Origin: Takakia lepidozioides
Lineage: Eukaryota; Plantae; Bryophyta
Direction of reading: 5' to 3'
Assembly (NCBI GenBank): GCA_030704615.1
Contig: CM060731.1
Span: forward strand, 75,082,001-75,146,000
DNA: 64,000 nt
Shown: positions 36,430 through 48,472 of the stretch, one piece after another
Position numbering within the stretch: position 1 is the stretch's first letter
Layout of the letters: each line of letters starts with the position of its first letter
Made by a program: the position numbers and the translations under genes
The notes under the pieces: model-generated
What the model was told of the DNA's origin: nothing
Database searches by the model: none
What the model saw: only the letters and a program-made list of their open reading frames with translations

Positions 36430-36970
36430 GGGCTGTGACAGGCTGTGCCGTGTGGCTTGTGCCCTGTGGCCTGTGGGGCTGTGACGGGATGTGACAGGCT
36501 GTGATGGGTTGTGGCGGGCTGTGACAGGCTGTGCCCTGTGGCCTGTGGAGCCGTGACGGGCTGTGAGGGCTGTGACAGGTTGTGCCCTGTGGCCTGTGGG
36601 GCTGTGACGGGCTGTGACATGCTGTGATCTGTGGCCTGTGGGGCTGTGAGGGGCTGTGATAGGCTGTGACATGTGGCCTTGGGGGCTGTGACAGGCTGTG
36701 ACATGTGGCCTTTGGGGCTGTGACGGGCTGTGACATGTGGCCTTTGGGGCTGTGACGGGCTGTGACAGGCTGTGGCCTGTGGGGCTGTGACCTGTGACCT
36801 GTGTAGGGCTGTGACGGGCTGTGATCTGTGGCCTGTGGGGCTATGATCCCTGTGACCTGTGTAGGGCTGTGACAGGCTGTGACAGGCTGTGATAGGCTGT
36901 GACTTGTGGCCTTTGGGGCTGTTATGGGCTGTGGGGCTGTGGCCTGTGTGGGGCTGTGACGGCTATGACC
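36430..36970. repeat. Low-complexity tandem array of ggctgtga(c)/gtggcct/gggg units in the retrotransposon leader
   Basis: Dozens of gtgacgggct / gtgacaggct / gtggcctgtgggg units. Confidence 0.85.
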
Positions 36971-37726
36971 AGTGATCTATGTGGGCCTGTGTTGGTCTGT
37001 GGTGGCCCGTGTTGACCTGTGGACGGCCTGTGCTGACTCGTGGAGGCACTGGTGGACTGCCTAAGGACTGACATGTGGTCTTTAAGGCCGAATTTTGAAG
37101 CTCGTGGAGGGCGGTTTGAGGAGTATCTTATTCCCATGGTCATACAAGTGAGGGAAGAAATGAGAGGAAGAGTGTGGGATGAGGGCATACTGGGGTTAGG
37201 CATTGCTTTAGCTTCTCTTCCTCGTAGTTTTCCACCCTCTCATTAGGCCAAGACCTTTCCGTAGGTGGAGGCAAGAGTCAGTCCGGGTTTGGGCTGGGGT
37301 GTCCTTGCAGGAGCAACACCGTGGAGTTGTTTTTGGTGTGGGGGAGTTGTCGTTTTGATTTCTTGTGTTTGGATCCCCTCCATACCTGCATGCTTGACTG
37401 TACGTCATGTTAGTTTTGTATGGGCGCTTGTTTTTAAAGGTGATTGGTCCGGATTTGATCACCGGTCAGTCCTAGAACATGCTGTCGATGGTGAGGCTGA
37501 GGTGATGACCAGTCAGACCATCATTGTTTTTCCTGTGATAAGGTTGGAGGTGATGACCAGCCAACCGTAGGAGTGCTTGCGGTGGATGCAGGTGCAGGTG
37601 AAGGCTATGTTAGGAACCCAGTATTCCAAACCATAAGCCGCAACAGGTTCTCTACCCAGTTACCTTGTGGAGAGGGGGTTAGGGACATGTTCATGACCGG
37701 TTGAGTGACAGTTTGTCAACACGGAG

Positions 37727-39076
37727 GTGCCACTAGTTGTTGGGGACAGTGCCGGTTCGAGCACTAGCGATACTAGTGGATACACGAGACGAGGTGTGCG
37801 GTTTAGGCCACCTTCACCTCCTGTGTCTTCTACGGAAGGTTCTGATTCGGATTGTGAATCAGGAGGACTCAAACCGGCGGTGCAAGTTGTTTCCTTGCCA
37901 TTGTTGTGGGACACAATGGAGGAGATGTATCGAGCTACCAAGAGGCCACGAAGGTACTCTGGGGCGGTGAGCACCATCGAGTTGGATGACTTTATCCAAG
38001 AGTTTGATAGTTGGTGTGATTTGCAGCAAATGCGCAATCCACAACTATTTACGCCTTTCATGGCATGGAAGGGGTTGTTTCAGCACCTTGAGGGGCCGCC
38101 TATGGATGATTACCATGAGTTCAGGCGGGGGCATGAGGTTGAGATCGAGGAGTGGAGAATGTACTGGTCACCCGACTATGTCTCCATCACTAGGGGCACT
38201 AGAGCCACGAGGGCAGTGACTACACCTGCCGTTGCACCAGCAGCTTCAGCAAGCAGTAGTGGGACTAGTGGGACTGGTGGTACCGTAGCTACGACGTCCG
38301 CCCAAGCCACTACTGCACCAGCACCAGTACCCGTGCCTGCCTTCAACCCTGTTGTGGAGTTCTTCGAAGAGTTGAGAGGGAACTACCAAGGGGTGAGGAC
38401 AGAGAAGTTGCGGAGCTTCCAAGAGTTCCAATGGAAGCCTACAGAGAGCTTGAGGGAGGTTTTCACTCGCATGAGGCGCTTGATAAATGTAACCCAAGGG
38501 GTTACGGAATCTCAGGCAGTCCAATTCTGGTATGGGATATTGGACAATGAGCTGAGGAGAAGGGTGCGGGATGCAACTCTCCTAAAAGCGGCCCAACCCA
38601 CTTTAGCAAATGTGTTTCTGCTGGCAGAGCGGATAGAGCTCAACATGGTGGAGGAACGAGTGGTCATGGTAGGATTTGCTAAGGAGACACCACGGGGTAG
38701 TGGTGCTCCTAGCCAACCACTATCTCAACATGCTCAAGGCAACAAGGGGACCCAGGTGAAGCCCAGGGAAGGACAGAGAGGACCTCAGATGCAGGGGTCT
38801 CTCCCTTCATTTGCAGGCCAACAACGGGTAGAGGTGGTGTGTTGGACATGTGGAGGACCCCATGTCAAGAAGGATTGCCCAGAGGGAGGCAAAGGGCCGA
38901 CATATGCACAACCTACACAGTTGCAGTGTGGGCATTGTGGCAAGCACGGGCATGGAGAGGCCCAGTGTTATGGTTTGCATCCTGAGTTGCGCCCAGGCCA
39001 GTTCCAAGGAACGATAGTGGCCGGGGGCAAGGTGGGGCAGCCCAGAGAGGACGAGGTGGCCAGGCACGAGGTGTAG
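37727..39076 (+). pseudogene. Gag of outer retrotransposon
   Basis: 449-aa ORF with a retrotransposon-gag-like core (FQWKPTESLREVFTRM) and zinc knuckles CWTCGGPHVKKDC and CGHCGKHGHGEAQC. Confidence 0.8.
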
Positions 39077-39417
39077 GCCGAGGGCAAGCTCAACATGGCC
39101 AAAGACGCGGAGGTCAGGGTGTTGACCAAGGCATGGCCAACCGGCTTCAGCAACTAGAGCAGAGGCTTGTTGCCATGGCTACAACTTAGGTGGTACCGGC
39201 TCCAAGACCGGATGGTCCACCTCCTGCTCCTGAGGGAGGAGATATGGGAGGCATGGGATTCATGTGCGGAGCAGCACTACCACTAGTGTAGGTGGAGTCT
39301 GCTGCAGCCGTGACTCGAGGAGCAGCACGAGTTCTTGAGCCACGAGTTGCAGAGGTGGAGTTGGATCCATAGCCTGGGGAGGCAAGCCGTCAGACTAGGC
39401 TTCCTCAGTCATTCACA

Positions 39418-40464
39418 TTGGCGGAGACAGTGTCGACGCCATCCATGGCACCTAGTTCTCGCCCGACTGTTACCGAGGCGGAGGTTACTATGCCATTGGG
39501 GAGAGCTACACGGGCAGCACCACTACCTAGTGTTGCCAAGGCTACGGCAGCTAGTGTGTTGCTGGGAGCGGCCACATCTGTGTGTCAAGCTCCATTGTTC
39601 TCGGCTACCATGATTGCGACGCCGGGGGTAAGACCAGCTGAGGTGTTCAGGCTGGCAGCTATACTCTGTGAGAGTGGTGAGGTTACTTCATCTTCTGTGG
39701 AGATAGTGGGAGGTGTAGTGCCGGAGGGATCCTCGGATTTGAGGATCAAGACTGCCACGGTGGCGCCATGGCAAGCTATAGTTGCCAGGTTGATGGAGTT
39801 GTCAGCTAGGCCAGCCATTGAGCGCACCATAGTGACACCTAGAGTTGTCGTGTTAGACAACCAGGATGACATTTTCTGTTTGAGTGGACCGGCATGCAAG
39901 AGGTACCGGCCACTGCGGGTCTTGTTGGACTCGGGAGCTCAGCCATTGATGCTGGGTAGAGCTGCTATTGTAAGCTTGGGCCTCACGGAGGCGGATATAG
40001 AGCCTTGTCCTTTCCAGATACAGACGTCTCTGGGAGGATCGGAGCATGCTCGGGGCATGACACGGGCTATCAGACTACAACCGGATCACCCTTTAGATGG
40101 CTCAGTGATGCGAGCCAAGGCCATTGTGACAGACGCAATCTTGTACGATGTCCTGGTTGGTGGGGCAGTGTTGTACCCTATGGGCTTCACCCTGGATTTT
40201 TGGGAGGAGTCAGCTTCCTATAGGCCTGGATGGCAGTCAAGGGAGGACCGACGTGTGCAGCTCCCTATGACGTTCATAGGAGAAGTTGCGGTTGCCCAGC
40301 GGGGCAAGATGCCGATACTAGCAGCATTCACAGCTGCAGTGACTTGGCCTGGAGAGTTGCTAGAGGGCAACGCTCATTCAAAGGTTGACACACCTCCAAG
40401 AGAACAGGATGACATGTATGCTATGACGGAGTTGTCTGCCATGGTTGCTCAGACTCCATTGTAG
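39418..40464 (+). pseudogene. Aspartic protease region of outer retrotransposon
   Basis: VLLDSGAQPLML ... YDVLVG. Confidence 0.75.
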
Positions 40465-40695
40465 GGCACGAGCAAGGATTTGCAGCGGGCTGCTGATCGA
40501 CGGGTGCAACAAGCCTGGGTGGAGGTTTTTGTACCATCAAGAGAGGAGGAGAGTGCGGGGATTGCACCAAGACCACCTCAGTTGTCACCATTGGATACCA
40601 CACCTATTGTGTGGCAGTATCCGGATGAAGGCATTTGTCTTCTGGACTTGTTTGGCGGGATCAACACCAGATTGGCTGCTGTGTTACAAGCAGGT

Positions 40696-41422
40696 TGTCG
40701 CGCACCTCACTTCGGTAAGCTCCCCTTCAAGTCATAGTTACTCGCTTTGATGCGCGCGCCTGACTCCCAACCTGGCCGCCGGGCCAACTTGGAGCTTCGG
40801 CTGCTCACCGGGACATAACGGTCCCCCTTCGCTCTCCCACTAAACCCTCCACCTGTTTGGGCCTAGTGGAATTCCCTTTGATAGATGGCAGTCCGGAACA
40901 GCTCCCCACTCTTTGGTCGCTTTCCGGCTCGCTCGCTTACTCACTAGTTTTTGGTCACCAACGGGCTTGCACTGTTCTCGGGGTCACTACTCCCCTTATA
41001 TATACTTTTGTAGCTGTCCGCGGGGGTTTCACAACCAGCCATGCCATTTTATGGCGAACCACCACGAAAACCCTCGACTCCCGGTGATGAGTCGCGGTGA
41101 GTCTTGGCCCACTCACCACGGCCCCTATGGACCGTGATGAGTCCCAAGACTCCCCACGACTCCCACCACGAGTCTCCGCCCCCATGGTGAGTCGTATGCC
41201 ACCCCCACTAAGTCCCGCTAAGCTACCACCACCCCTTGTGGAGCCACCCCCACCGCAACCCGGTGTGCGGGGCTCCACCTAGTGAGCGCCTCCGCTTCCC
41301 TGAGTGCCTTGGGCACTCAAGGGTGCTTCAGCCCCCCATACCTATCGCTGCCGCTGCCCCCACCACAGGGGCAGCCCCTCATGTGTCCCGACCCCCTGCC
41401 CTCAAGGCAAAGGGCCGCGACA
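40696..41422 (-). repeat. 3' LTR of nested chromovirus
   Basis: tgtcgcgc...ccgcgaca; differs from 46408-47129 by only a few substitutions and indels. Confidence 0.95.
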
Positions 41423-42347
41423 CACACCCCTACCAACAGGGAGTCGATGTCCTCATCGACTTGTCCATTTTGTAGAAACGAACATCCAAGTTGTGGCGTC
41501 CCACATCAAGGAGTTTGTTTCCGTACCATGGCGTCCCATGGCAAAGAACCAAACCCCACACTTGACTCTACTCTCCACTAGCTAGTTTGGCCGACTTCCT
41601 CCAAGTCCCGGCCAAGGGTGGAGCCTCTCCAGCTCCTCCCAGTGCACTCTTCTTGGCCTACTTCAAGGCCAAGGAACGATCATCCCCGAGGATCGAATCG
41701 CCTTACTGCAACATTGCTTGTGACCGCTCATGATGCCGCTTTTGGCATCACCTTGAGCAAGGGTTCCCTAGAACCCTCTTTGACTAGGAAGATAACCTTG
41801 AACCAACCGTGCGCCCCAATCACTACAATTGGGTCCGCCTTGGAATGCTGGCCTGAGGTACGGGAACACGCCGAAGCCGCACTACGACTTTGTCCCGAGG
41901 CTACACGATTATAGTACGTGAACGGAAGCACGTAGCTTCCGCATTAGCCCGCACTACAAGGCAACCCCCTCGGTAGCGCAGTTATAGTACGCGCACGCGC
42001 CAGATGCGCACTAGCACGTGACCTCCCAAAGAAGGCGCAAGTTTCCTTGCCCCTTGGATGGGGGTCACCCGATTTTGACACTACGCAAACACACGATTAA
42101 CCCAATTTACCTCTCCCACTTTTATAAGCTAGCATGCATTCTATACACTAGCCAAGCATACCATGCATCACCATTCCAAACAAAATAGGACGCACAACAT
42201 TTGGAAGCCATTTCATTTATAGCACATTTTGTACAATACAAGTTTTTGCAATCGGATTCCTAAGCTAGCTAAGCCGGGCTAAGCATGCATTTCCTCCCCC
42301 ACGCTCCAAGGTTGATGTCCCCATCAACGCTTCTTCCGCTTTTGAGA

Positions 42348-45300
42348 TCACCCTTCGAAAGCTGCAACCGCCTCGGATGCGTTTCCCATTTCTGAGGCAC
42401 GCACCCAAGATGCCTCCACATGATGATAGCCCTTCCATTTGACGAGATACTTCGTTTCTCGGTTCTTGAACCTCCTCGACTTAAGTATTGCCTCCACCTC
42501 GTATTCAGGTTCATTTTCATGATCCAACAGCATAGGTGGCGGACGCAACACTAGATGCCGATTCGGACGCGCTTCATCTTTGAAGTAAGGCTTCAAAAGG
42601 AGACATGGAATACTGGGTGCACCTTGCTGTTTGCCGGCAGCTCCAATTCATACACATCCTCATTCATAACCTTCCGAATGCGAAAGGGTCCCGCATACGG
42701 AGGTACGAACTTCGGACTCACTTCCGGAGGTAGTCGGAAATTCTTGATGTTCAACCAAACCTCCGTGCCTGCCTCAAACTTCACTTCCCTCCGCTCCGAT
42801 TCGCCTGCCTTTTGTACCGTTTCCTAGCTTTGGCAATGTTGTACTTTGCGAGCTTCAACAAACGCTCGCGTTCTTCCAGTACCGCCGCTACTGCCGGTTC
42901 CTCAACGTCCTGGGCGGCCCAACTTGTCGGCACCAGAGGTGCTTTTCCATAGACCAATACGAAAGGGGAAACTCCCGTTGCGGAGTGTTCTGTGTTATTA
43001 TAACAGAACTCTGCCGCGTCTAAGTGTTCCACCCAGTCTGTTTGGTCTGCCGACACGTAATTCCGCAAGATCTGCTTCACTACGGAATTCACTCTTTCTG
43101 TTTGGCCGTCGGTCGTAGGTCGGAAGGCAGTGCTCATCTTCAGCCTCGTCCCCATCTTCTTCCAAAGTGTCCTCCAAAATTTACTCGTAAACTTTGGATC
43201 GCGGTCCGAGACAATATCCTTCGGGACTCCATGATGCTTTAAGACGTGGGCAAAGTAAAGTCGCCCTGTCTCCTGCGCCGCTGCTTTCTACTTAAAGCAT
43301 CGGCCACCACGTTGTCTCGTCGCGGTTTGTACTGGATATCCACGTTGAACACCGCCAAAGTATCTTGCCACCTAAGTTGTTTTGGGGACAACTTGGGTTG
43401 CGTGGCAAAATACTTCACCGTGGCATTGTCCGTGAACACCTTCACTGGGTTGGAACCAACATAGTGGCGCCAAAGCTCAAGACAGTGCACCACCACCTTC
43501 ATCTCTTTCTCGTACGTCGGCCACCGTCGCTCCACTTCATTCAGTTTCTTACTTTCGTAAGCCACTGGACGTCCATCTTGCATCAGTACACCCCCAATCG
43601 CGAAGTCCGACGCATCTGTATGAATCTCAAATGGACGATCGAACTCCGGGATTTTCAAGACTGGAGCTTCCGCCATCCGCTGCTTCAATTCAGCAAAACC
43701 TTGGCCACAAAATGTGTTCCATACCCAGACTTTGGATTTATACAGAAGGTCCGACAGCGGCCCCGCGATCTTGGCGAAATTTCTCACATACTTCCGGTAA
43801 TAGGAGGCGAGTCCTAGGAAGGATCGCACTCCCGGGACCGAAGTCGGAGGCTCCCAGTCCAAGATCGCCCTCACCTTTCTGTCATCCATTTTGATCCCAT
43901 CCTGTGTAATCACATGCCCCAGGAACTCCACTTTTTGTGACCCCGAATTTGCACTTTGAAGCTTTGGCATACAGCTTCCCTTCCCGCAATTTCTGGAACA
44001 CCCTTTTGAGGTGCTCCAGGTGCTCCTCCTTTGTTTTCGAATATACCAAGATGTCGTCGATGTACACGATCACAAAGTCATCCAACCACTCCTGGAAAAG
44101 GCTGTTCATCAGCGTGCTAAATGTTGCTGGTGCATTGGTGAGCCCAAAAGGCATCACCAAGAACTCATATGAACCATACCTTGTCCTGCACGCGGTCTTC
44201 TCCTCATCTCCTTCCGCCACCCGAATTTGATGATAGCCGGAGCGCAAGTCGATCCGGCTGAAATACTTCGCTCCTGCCAATCGATCGAAGAGGTCGTCGA
44301 TCCTTGGCAAAGGGTACCGGTTTTTTATAGTCACCTTATTCAGAGCCCTATAATCGACACACATCCGCAGCGTCCCATCCTTCTTGTCTGCAAATAGCAC
44401 CGGGGCTCCGTAAGGTGACTTACTCGGCCGGATGTACCCCTTTGACATTAGATCCTTAAGTTGAGTCTTTAGCTCGACCAACTCCCTGTGGCTCAACCGG
44501 TAGGGTGCCTTGGCAGGCGGTTCCGATCCCGGTATCACCTCAATCTTGTGGTCAACTCCTCTTCACGGTGGCAAGCCGCTTGGTAAATCCTCCGGCATCA
44601 CATCCTGGTATTTCTCCAAGATCCCCTTGATCCAATCTGGGCTCAGCTCCCCATCGCCTTCTCCCTTCACTTCTCTAATGTAAAGCAAAAACTAGGGCTC
44701 GTGTGCCTCCTCCATGACCCACTCCCTTGCTGACAGAAGGTTTATTCGCCCTCCCACGGATTTGGGCGTTTCCGACACTCATAAAACCTCGTCACCATTC
44801 CCACATGGCAGCGTGACTACTCTCTTGCGGCCATCTATGACCGCTCCGGATTTGCTCAAAAAGGTCATCCCCAAATGAGATCCACTCCATCGATCTCGCA
44901 GATGGTGAAGTTCTCACGTCCCTCCCAACTCCCCAGTTGAAGAGGAACATCAAACGCCAACCTTGTCGCCAACTGTGGTTCTCCTTTGGCAGAACGCATC
45001 TCAATAGAGGCCCCCACGTCACTTGTCGGGAGTCCCAACTTTCGCGCCGCCGCCGGCGTCATGAAGGAGTGCGACGCTCTTGTGTCCACCAACAACGACA
45101 CGTTAGTTCTGGATATTATCCCATCCACGAACAATAACTGACTCCCTTTACGCAGGGCGCCAGTTTCCTGATACAACTCACAAGAATAGTTGCATACCTT
45201 GCAAGTCCTGGCGACCACCGCTTCCACCAAGCGACTGATGGTATCTTCCAACAGCTCCGTGGTTGCCCGAGTCATGTTCAATTGTCGAGGTTTTGTACAC

Positions 45301-46354
45301 TTCTTGGCCATGTGCCCGGGCTCCCCGCAATTGAAACACACTCCATCAAAGGTCGCCTTCTGTCCGCCATAAGCCGCTCCACCCGCTTTTTCTTTCGAAG
45401 TACCGGGTGCCGCCTTGACGTGTGAAGGCCCTCCCTTCGATTTCCACGTGCCATTGTCGCCGCGTGGCCTATCCCACTTCTTTTCCGGTCGGAAGGAGTC
45501 ACCTTCCCGTCGGGTCTTCTTGTGGTTCAGCTCCGTACGGCCTTGTCTCTCACCCTTAGGGACATCCGAGATCAGCCCTCTCAATTGCCTCGTTCAAAGT
45601 CTTGGGTGGCTTCTCCTCCAACTTCCGCCTGGCCCATGGGGCCAGTCCCGCCACAAAGTTGAAGACCATTTCTGGTTCTGCCATGTCCGCGACTTCGAGC
45701 AACAGCACATTGAAAGCCTGGACATACCCCCGAATGTCATCTGTTTGCTTCAAATTCCTCATCTTGTCCCGGGCAAGCCAGGACGCGTTGAGGGGCACAA
45801 ACTGTCTCTTCATCAATTCCTTGAACCACTCCAGTTCAAGGTTTCCGGGCTTGGGCCTCGGTCGTGAAGGCATTTCTGCCACCATTGTTGAGCATAGCCC
45901 CTCAAATAGGTGGAAGCCACTTCCACCCGATCCTCGTCACTCAACTTGGCCGCCCGGAAGTACTGCTCTAGCTCCAGGAGCCAGGTGTTGAGTGCCTTCC
46001 GATTTCGGACGCCCTGGAAGATATCGGGTTCCTTAGGCTTCACCTTAAACTTTGCCTTAGTGGAAGTGGCATTAGCCGCCTTCAACACGTCTTTCAACGT
46101 CCCGCCAAACTGCGCCAACAACCCTTCCCAAAAAGTTGCCGGCATGGGAGGCATCTGTTGGTCTGTCGGAGCTCTCAGGGATTCCTCGGGCTCCGACTCC
46201 TCGGATTCCTCCCGCTCTTGAGCGGCCTCGTTCTCAGAAACCTGCGTCGCTTCCTCAAACGGCCGCTTTGGTGACACGTCGCCCCCATCCGGCTCACCAG
46301 GATCATCATCTTTTGGGCCGTTCCGCTTTCGCTTCGGCTTGCCCGACCCCATGA
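42348..46354 (-). pseudogene. gag-pol of nested chromovirus (frameshifted, integrase N-terminus deleted)
   Basis: CFNCGEPGHMAKKC knuckle; LLVDTRASHSF protease; [10 protein letters not shown] and [11 protein letters not shown]; HTDASDFAIG...DALSR RNase H; TDGQTERVN and YAGPFRI integrase; YEVEAIL..YLVKWKGY...SW chromodomain. Confidence 0.9.
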
Positions 46355-46392
46355 TGAGGCCAATCCCAAGGACAATCGCGTACTGAACTCTA

Positions 46393-46405
46393 GGCTCTGA
46401 TACCA
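46393..46405 (-). promoter_or_regulatory. Primer-binding site complementary to initiator tRNA-Met
   Basis: Minus strand tggtatcagagcc, 2 nt after the 5' LTR. Confidence 0.9.
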
Positions 46406-46407
46406 AG

Positions 46408-47129
46408 TGTCGCGCACCTCACTTCGGTAAGCTCCCCTTCAAGTCATAGTTACTCGCTTTGATGCGCGCGCCTGACTCCCAACCTGGCCGCCGGGCCAAC
46501 TTGGAGCTTCGGCTGCTCACCGGGACATAACGGTCCCCTTCGCTCTCCCACTAAACCCTCCACCTGTTTGGGCCTAGTGGAATTCCCTTTGATAGATGGC
46601 AGTCCGGAACAGCTCCCCACTCTTTGGTCGCTTTCCGGCTCGCTCGCTTACTCACTAGTTTTTGGTCACCAACGGGCTTGCACCGTTCTCGGGGTCACTA
46701 CTCCCCTTATATATACTTTTGTAGCTGTCCGCGGGGGTTTCACAACCAGCCATGCCATTTTATGGCGAACCACCACGAAAACCCTCGACTCCCGGTGATG
46801 AGTCGCGGTGAGTCTTGGCCCACTCACCACGGCCCCTATGGACCGTGATGAGTCCCAAGACTCCCCACGACTCCCACCACGAGGTCTCCGCCCCCATGGT
46901 GAGTCATATGCCACCCCCACTAAGTCCCGCTAAGCTACCACCACCCCTTGTGGAGCCACCCCTACCGCAACCCGGTGTGCGGGGCTCCACCTAGTGAGCG
47001 CCTCCGCTTCCCTGAGTGCCTTGGGCACTCAAGGGTGCTTCAGCCCCCCATACCTATCGCTGCCGCTGCCCCCACCACAGGGGCAGCCCTTGTCCCGACC
47101 CCCTGCCCTCAAGGCAAAGGGCCGCGACA
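46408..47129 (-). repeat. 5' LTR of nested chromovirus
   Basis: Near-identical to 40696-41422. Confidence 0.95.
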
Positions 47130-48472
47130 CAGGTGTACGAGTTTGACGTTACATGTATGTGGAGAGGGATGAGACTGCACGACGCGTTTCATTTCGCCAT
47201 GTTGCTCAGTTGGTGGAGCAGTACCCTGAGTTGTTGCCGGTGTCTGCAGTTTGTGGATATCAGCAGGCCTTGCCAGCAGACATTTCGTTGCTGGGGGCGC
47301 AGGATTTTGGAGTGGGTTGGCTCCATTGATCTGGTAGTGGCAGGTTGGCCCTGCGAAGGGCATTCATCAGCCGGGCATGGCAATGGATTACGAGACTCGA
47401 GGTCGGGTCTGTTTTGGGAGATGGTGCGGGTTTTGCGCCACTTGCAGCTTCATCAAGCTGTATCTCCAGCATATATCTTGGAGAATGTGCCACTGATGGG
47501 CGATTCTCGGGCCAGGATGATGGCCAGTGTGCATCAAGTCCGGTCGTAGCTTGGGTCAGCAGTGTTGCTAGATGCAGCTACAGTGGGGTCACGGGCTCAT
47601 TGTCCACGGCTATGGTGGACTAATTTGATGTCACCTGCACTGCTCAAGCGTGCATTTGATGGGGTGCAGCGGCCAGCACACCTCACAGTGGATAGCATTT
47701 TGGACACAGGGAGGCAGTCTCAGCGTGTGAGACACGATAACCGTTCACCTTTGGCAGTGGTCAACAAGGTGCGTCAACCACAAGCAGCATTACCTCCACT
47801 GCTCAGCTTCCCAGGATCGCATGCTTTCCGGGATAGTGGACCTGGCCTCCTATGGGATGTTCAGTTGTAGTAGTTAGTGGAGCCTAATGCTGACGAGCGT
47901 GAGCGGGCAATGGGTTTTACCACTGGTACCACGGCGGTGCTGTCTCTTTCTAAGGCATCACGTCGTCAGGTGTTGGGGCAAGCAATGGATCTCAATTGCT
48001 TGACCTGGATTATCAGCTTGGCTATGGCTGAGCAACGCAGAGTGCGGAGTACACTTCCCTCGATGGTCTCTCTGCCTACCGAGATGGTACAGGCAGTGAG
48101 TGGGGGCGAGCATGAGAGGACCACGGGGTATAGGCATCCATGACACATGTGGGAGGTGCTCGAGGTTCAGAGGGAGTTGGCAGCCAAGGTGGCGGTGATG
48201 GATGAGGTTGGGGATTTTTCTCGGGTTGAGGAAGTCCTCAAGGATGAGATGATGGGGCAGGATGAGGCATTGTCATTGACTGAGCAGGTAGGGAGTACTG
48301 CTCAAGAGGTTGCAACATAACAACCACTGGACGCGTCCTCTACCTCTAAGCCCACTGGACTTAAGGTTGCAGTTACGGATGACAATTGGGAGCCTGACCC
48401 ATTGTCACCGGAGGAGAGAGACGACGTATACGGCGGTTCCTGAGGGCTTACAAGAATTGCTTTGCCTTCAGT

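Larger units (their letters stand above)
40696..47129 (-). mobile_element. Nested Ty3/Gypsy chromovirus LTR retrotransposon (defective)
   Basis: TG..CA LTRs at 40696-41422 and 46408-47129, 5-bp TSD CAGGT (40691-40695 and 47130-47134), tRNA-iMet PBS, PPT at about 41423-41434, and gag-PR-RT-RH-INT-chromodomain fragments. Confidence 0.95.
40633..48020 (+). pseudogene. DNMT3-like C5-cytosine DNA methyltransferase domain in the outer pol, split by the nested element (40633-40695 plus 47135-48020)
   Basis: Motif I LLDLFGGI; II RYMYVERD; III ADI; IV IDLVVAGWPCEGHS; VI YILENVP; VIII LLDAATVGSRAHCPRLWWTNL; IX ERERAMGF; X RRQVLGQAMD. Canonical order, with stops and a frameshift. Confidence 0.85.

Noticed and set aside
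36345-36736. Repetitive Ser/Gln/Pro/His-rich minus-strand ORFs
   Set aside because: They are translations of the tandem repeat; all three frames are open, which points to low complexity.
34984-37726. Tyrosine recombinase ORF expected for a split-repeat element
   Set aside because: I could not recognise an R-H-R-Y type ORF on either strand; the element encodes a DDE integrase.
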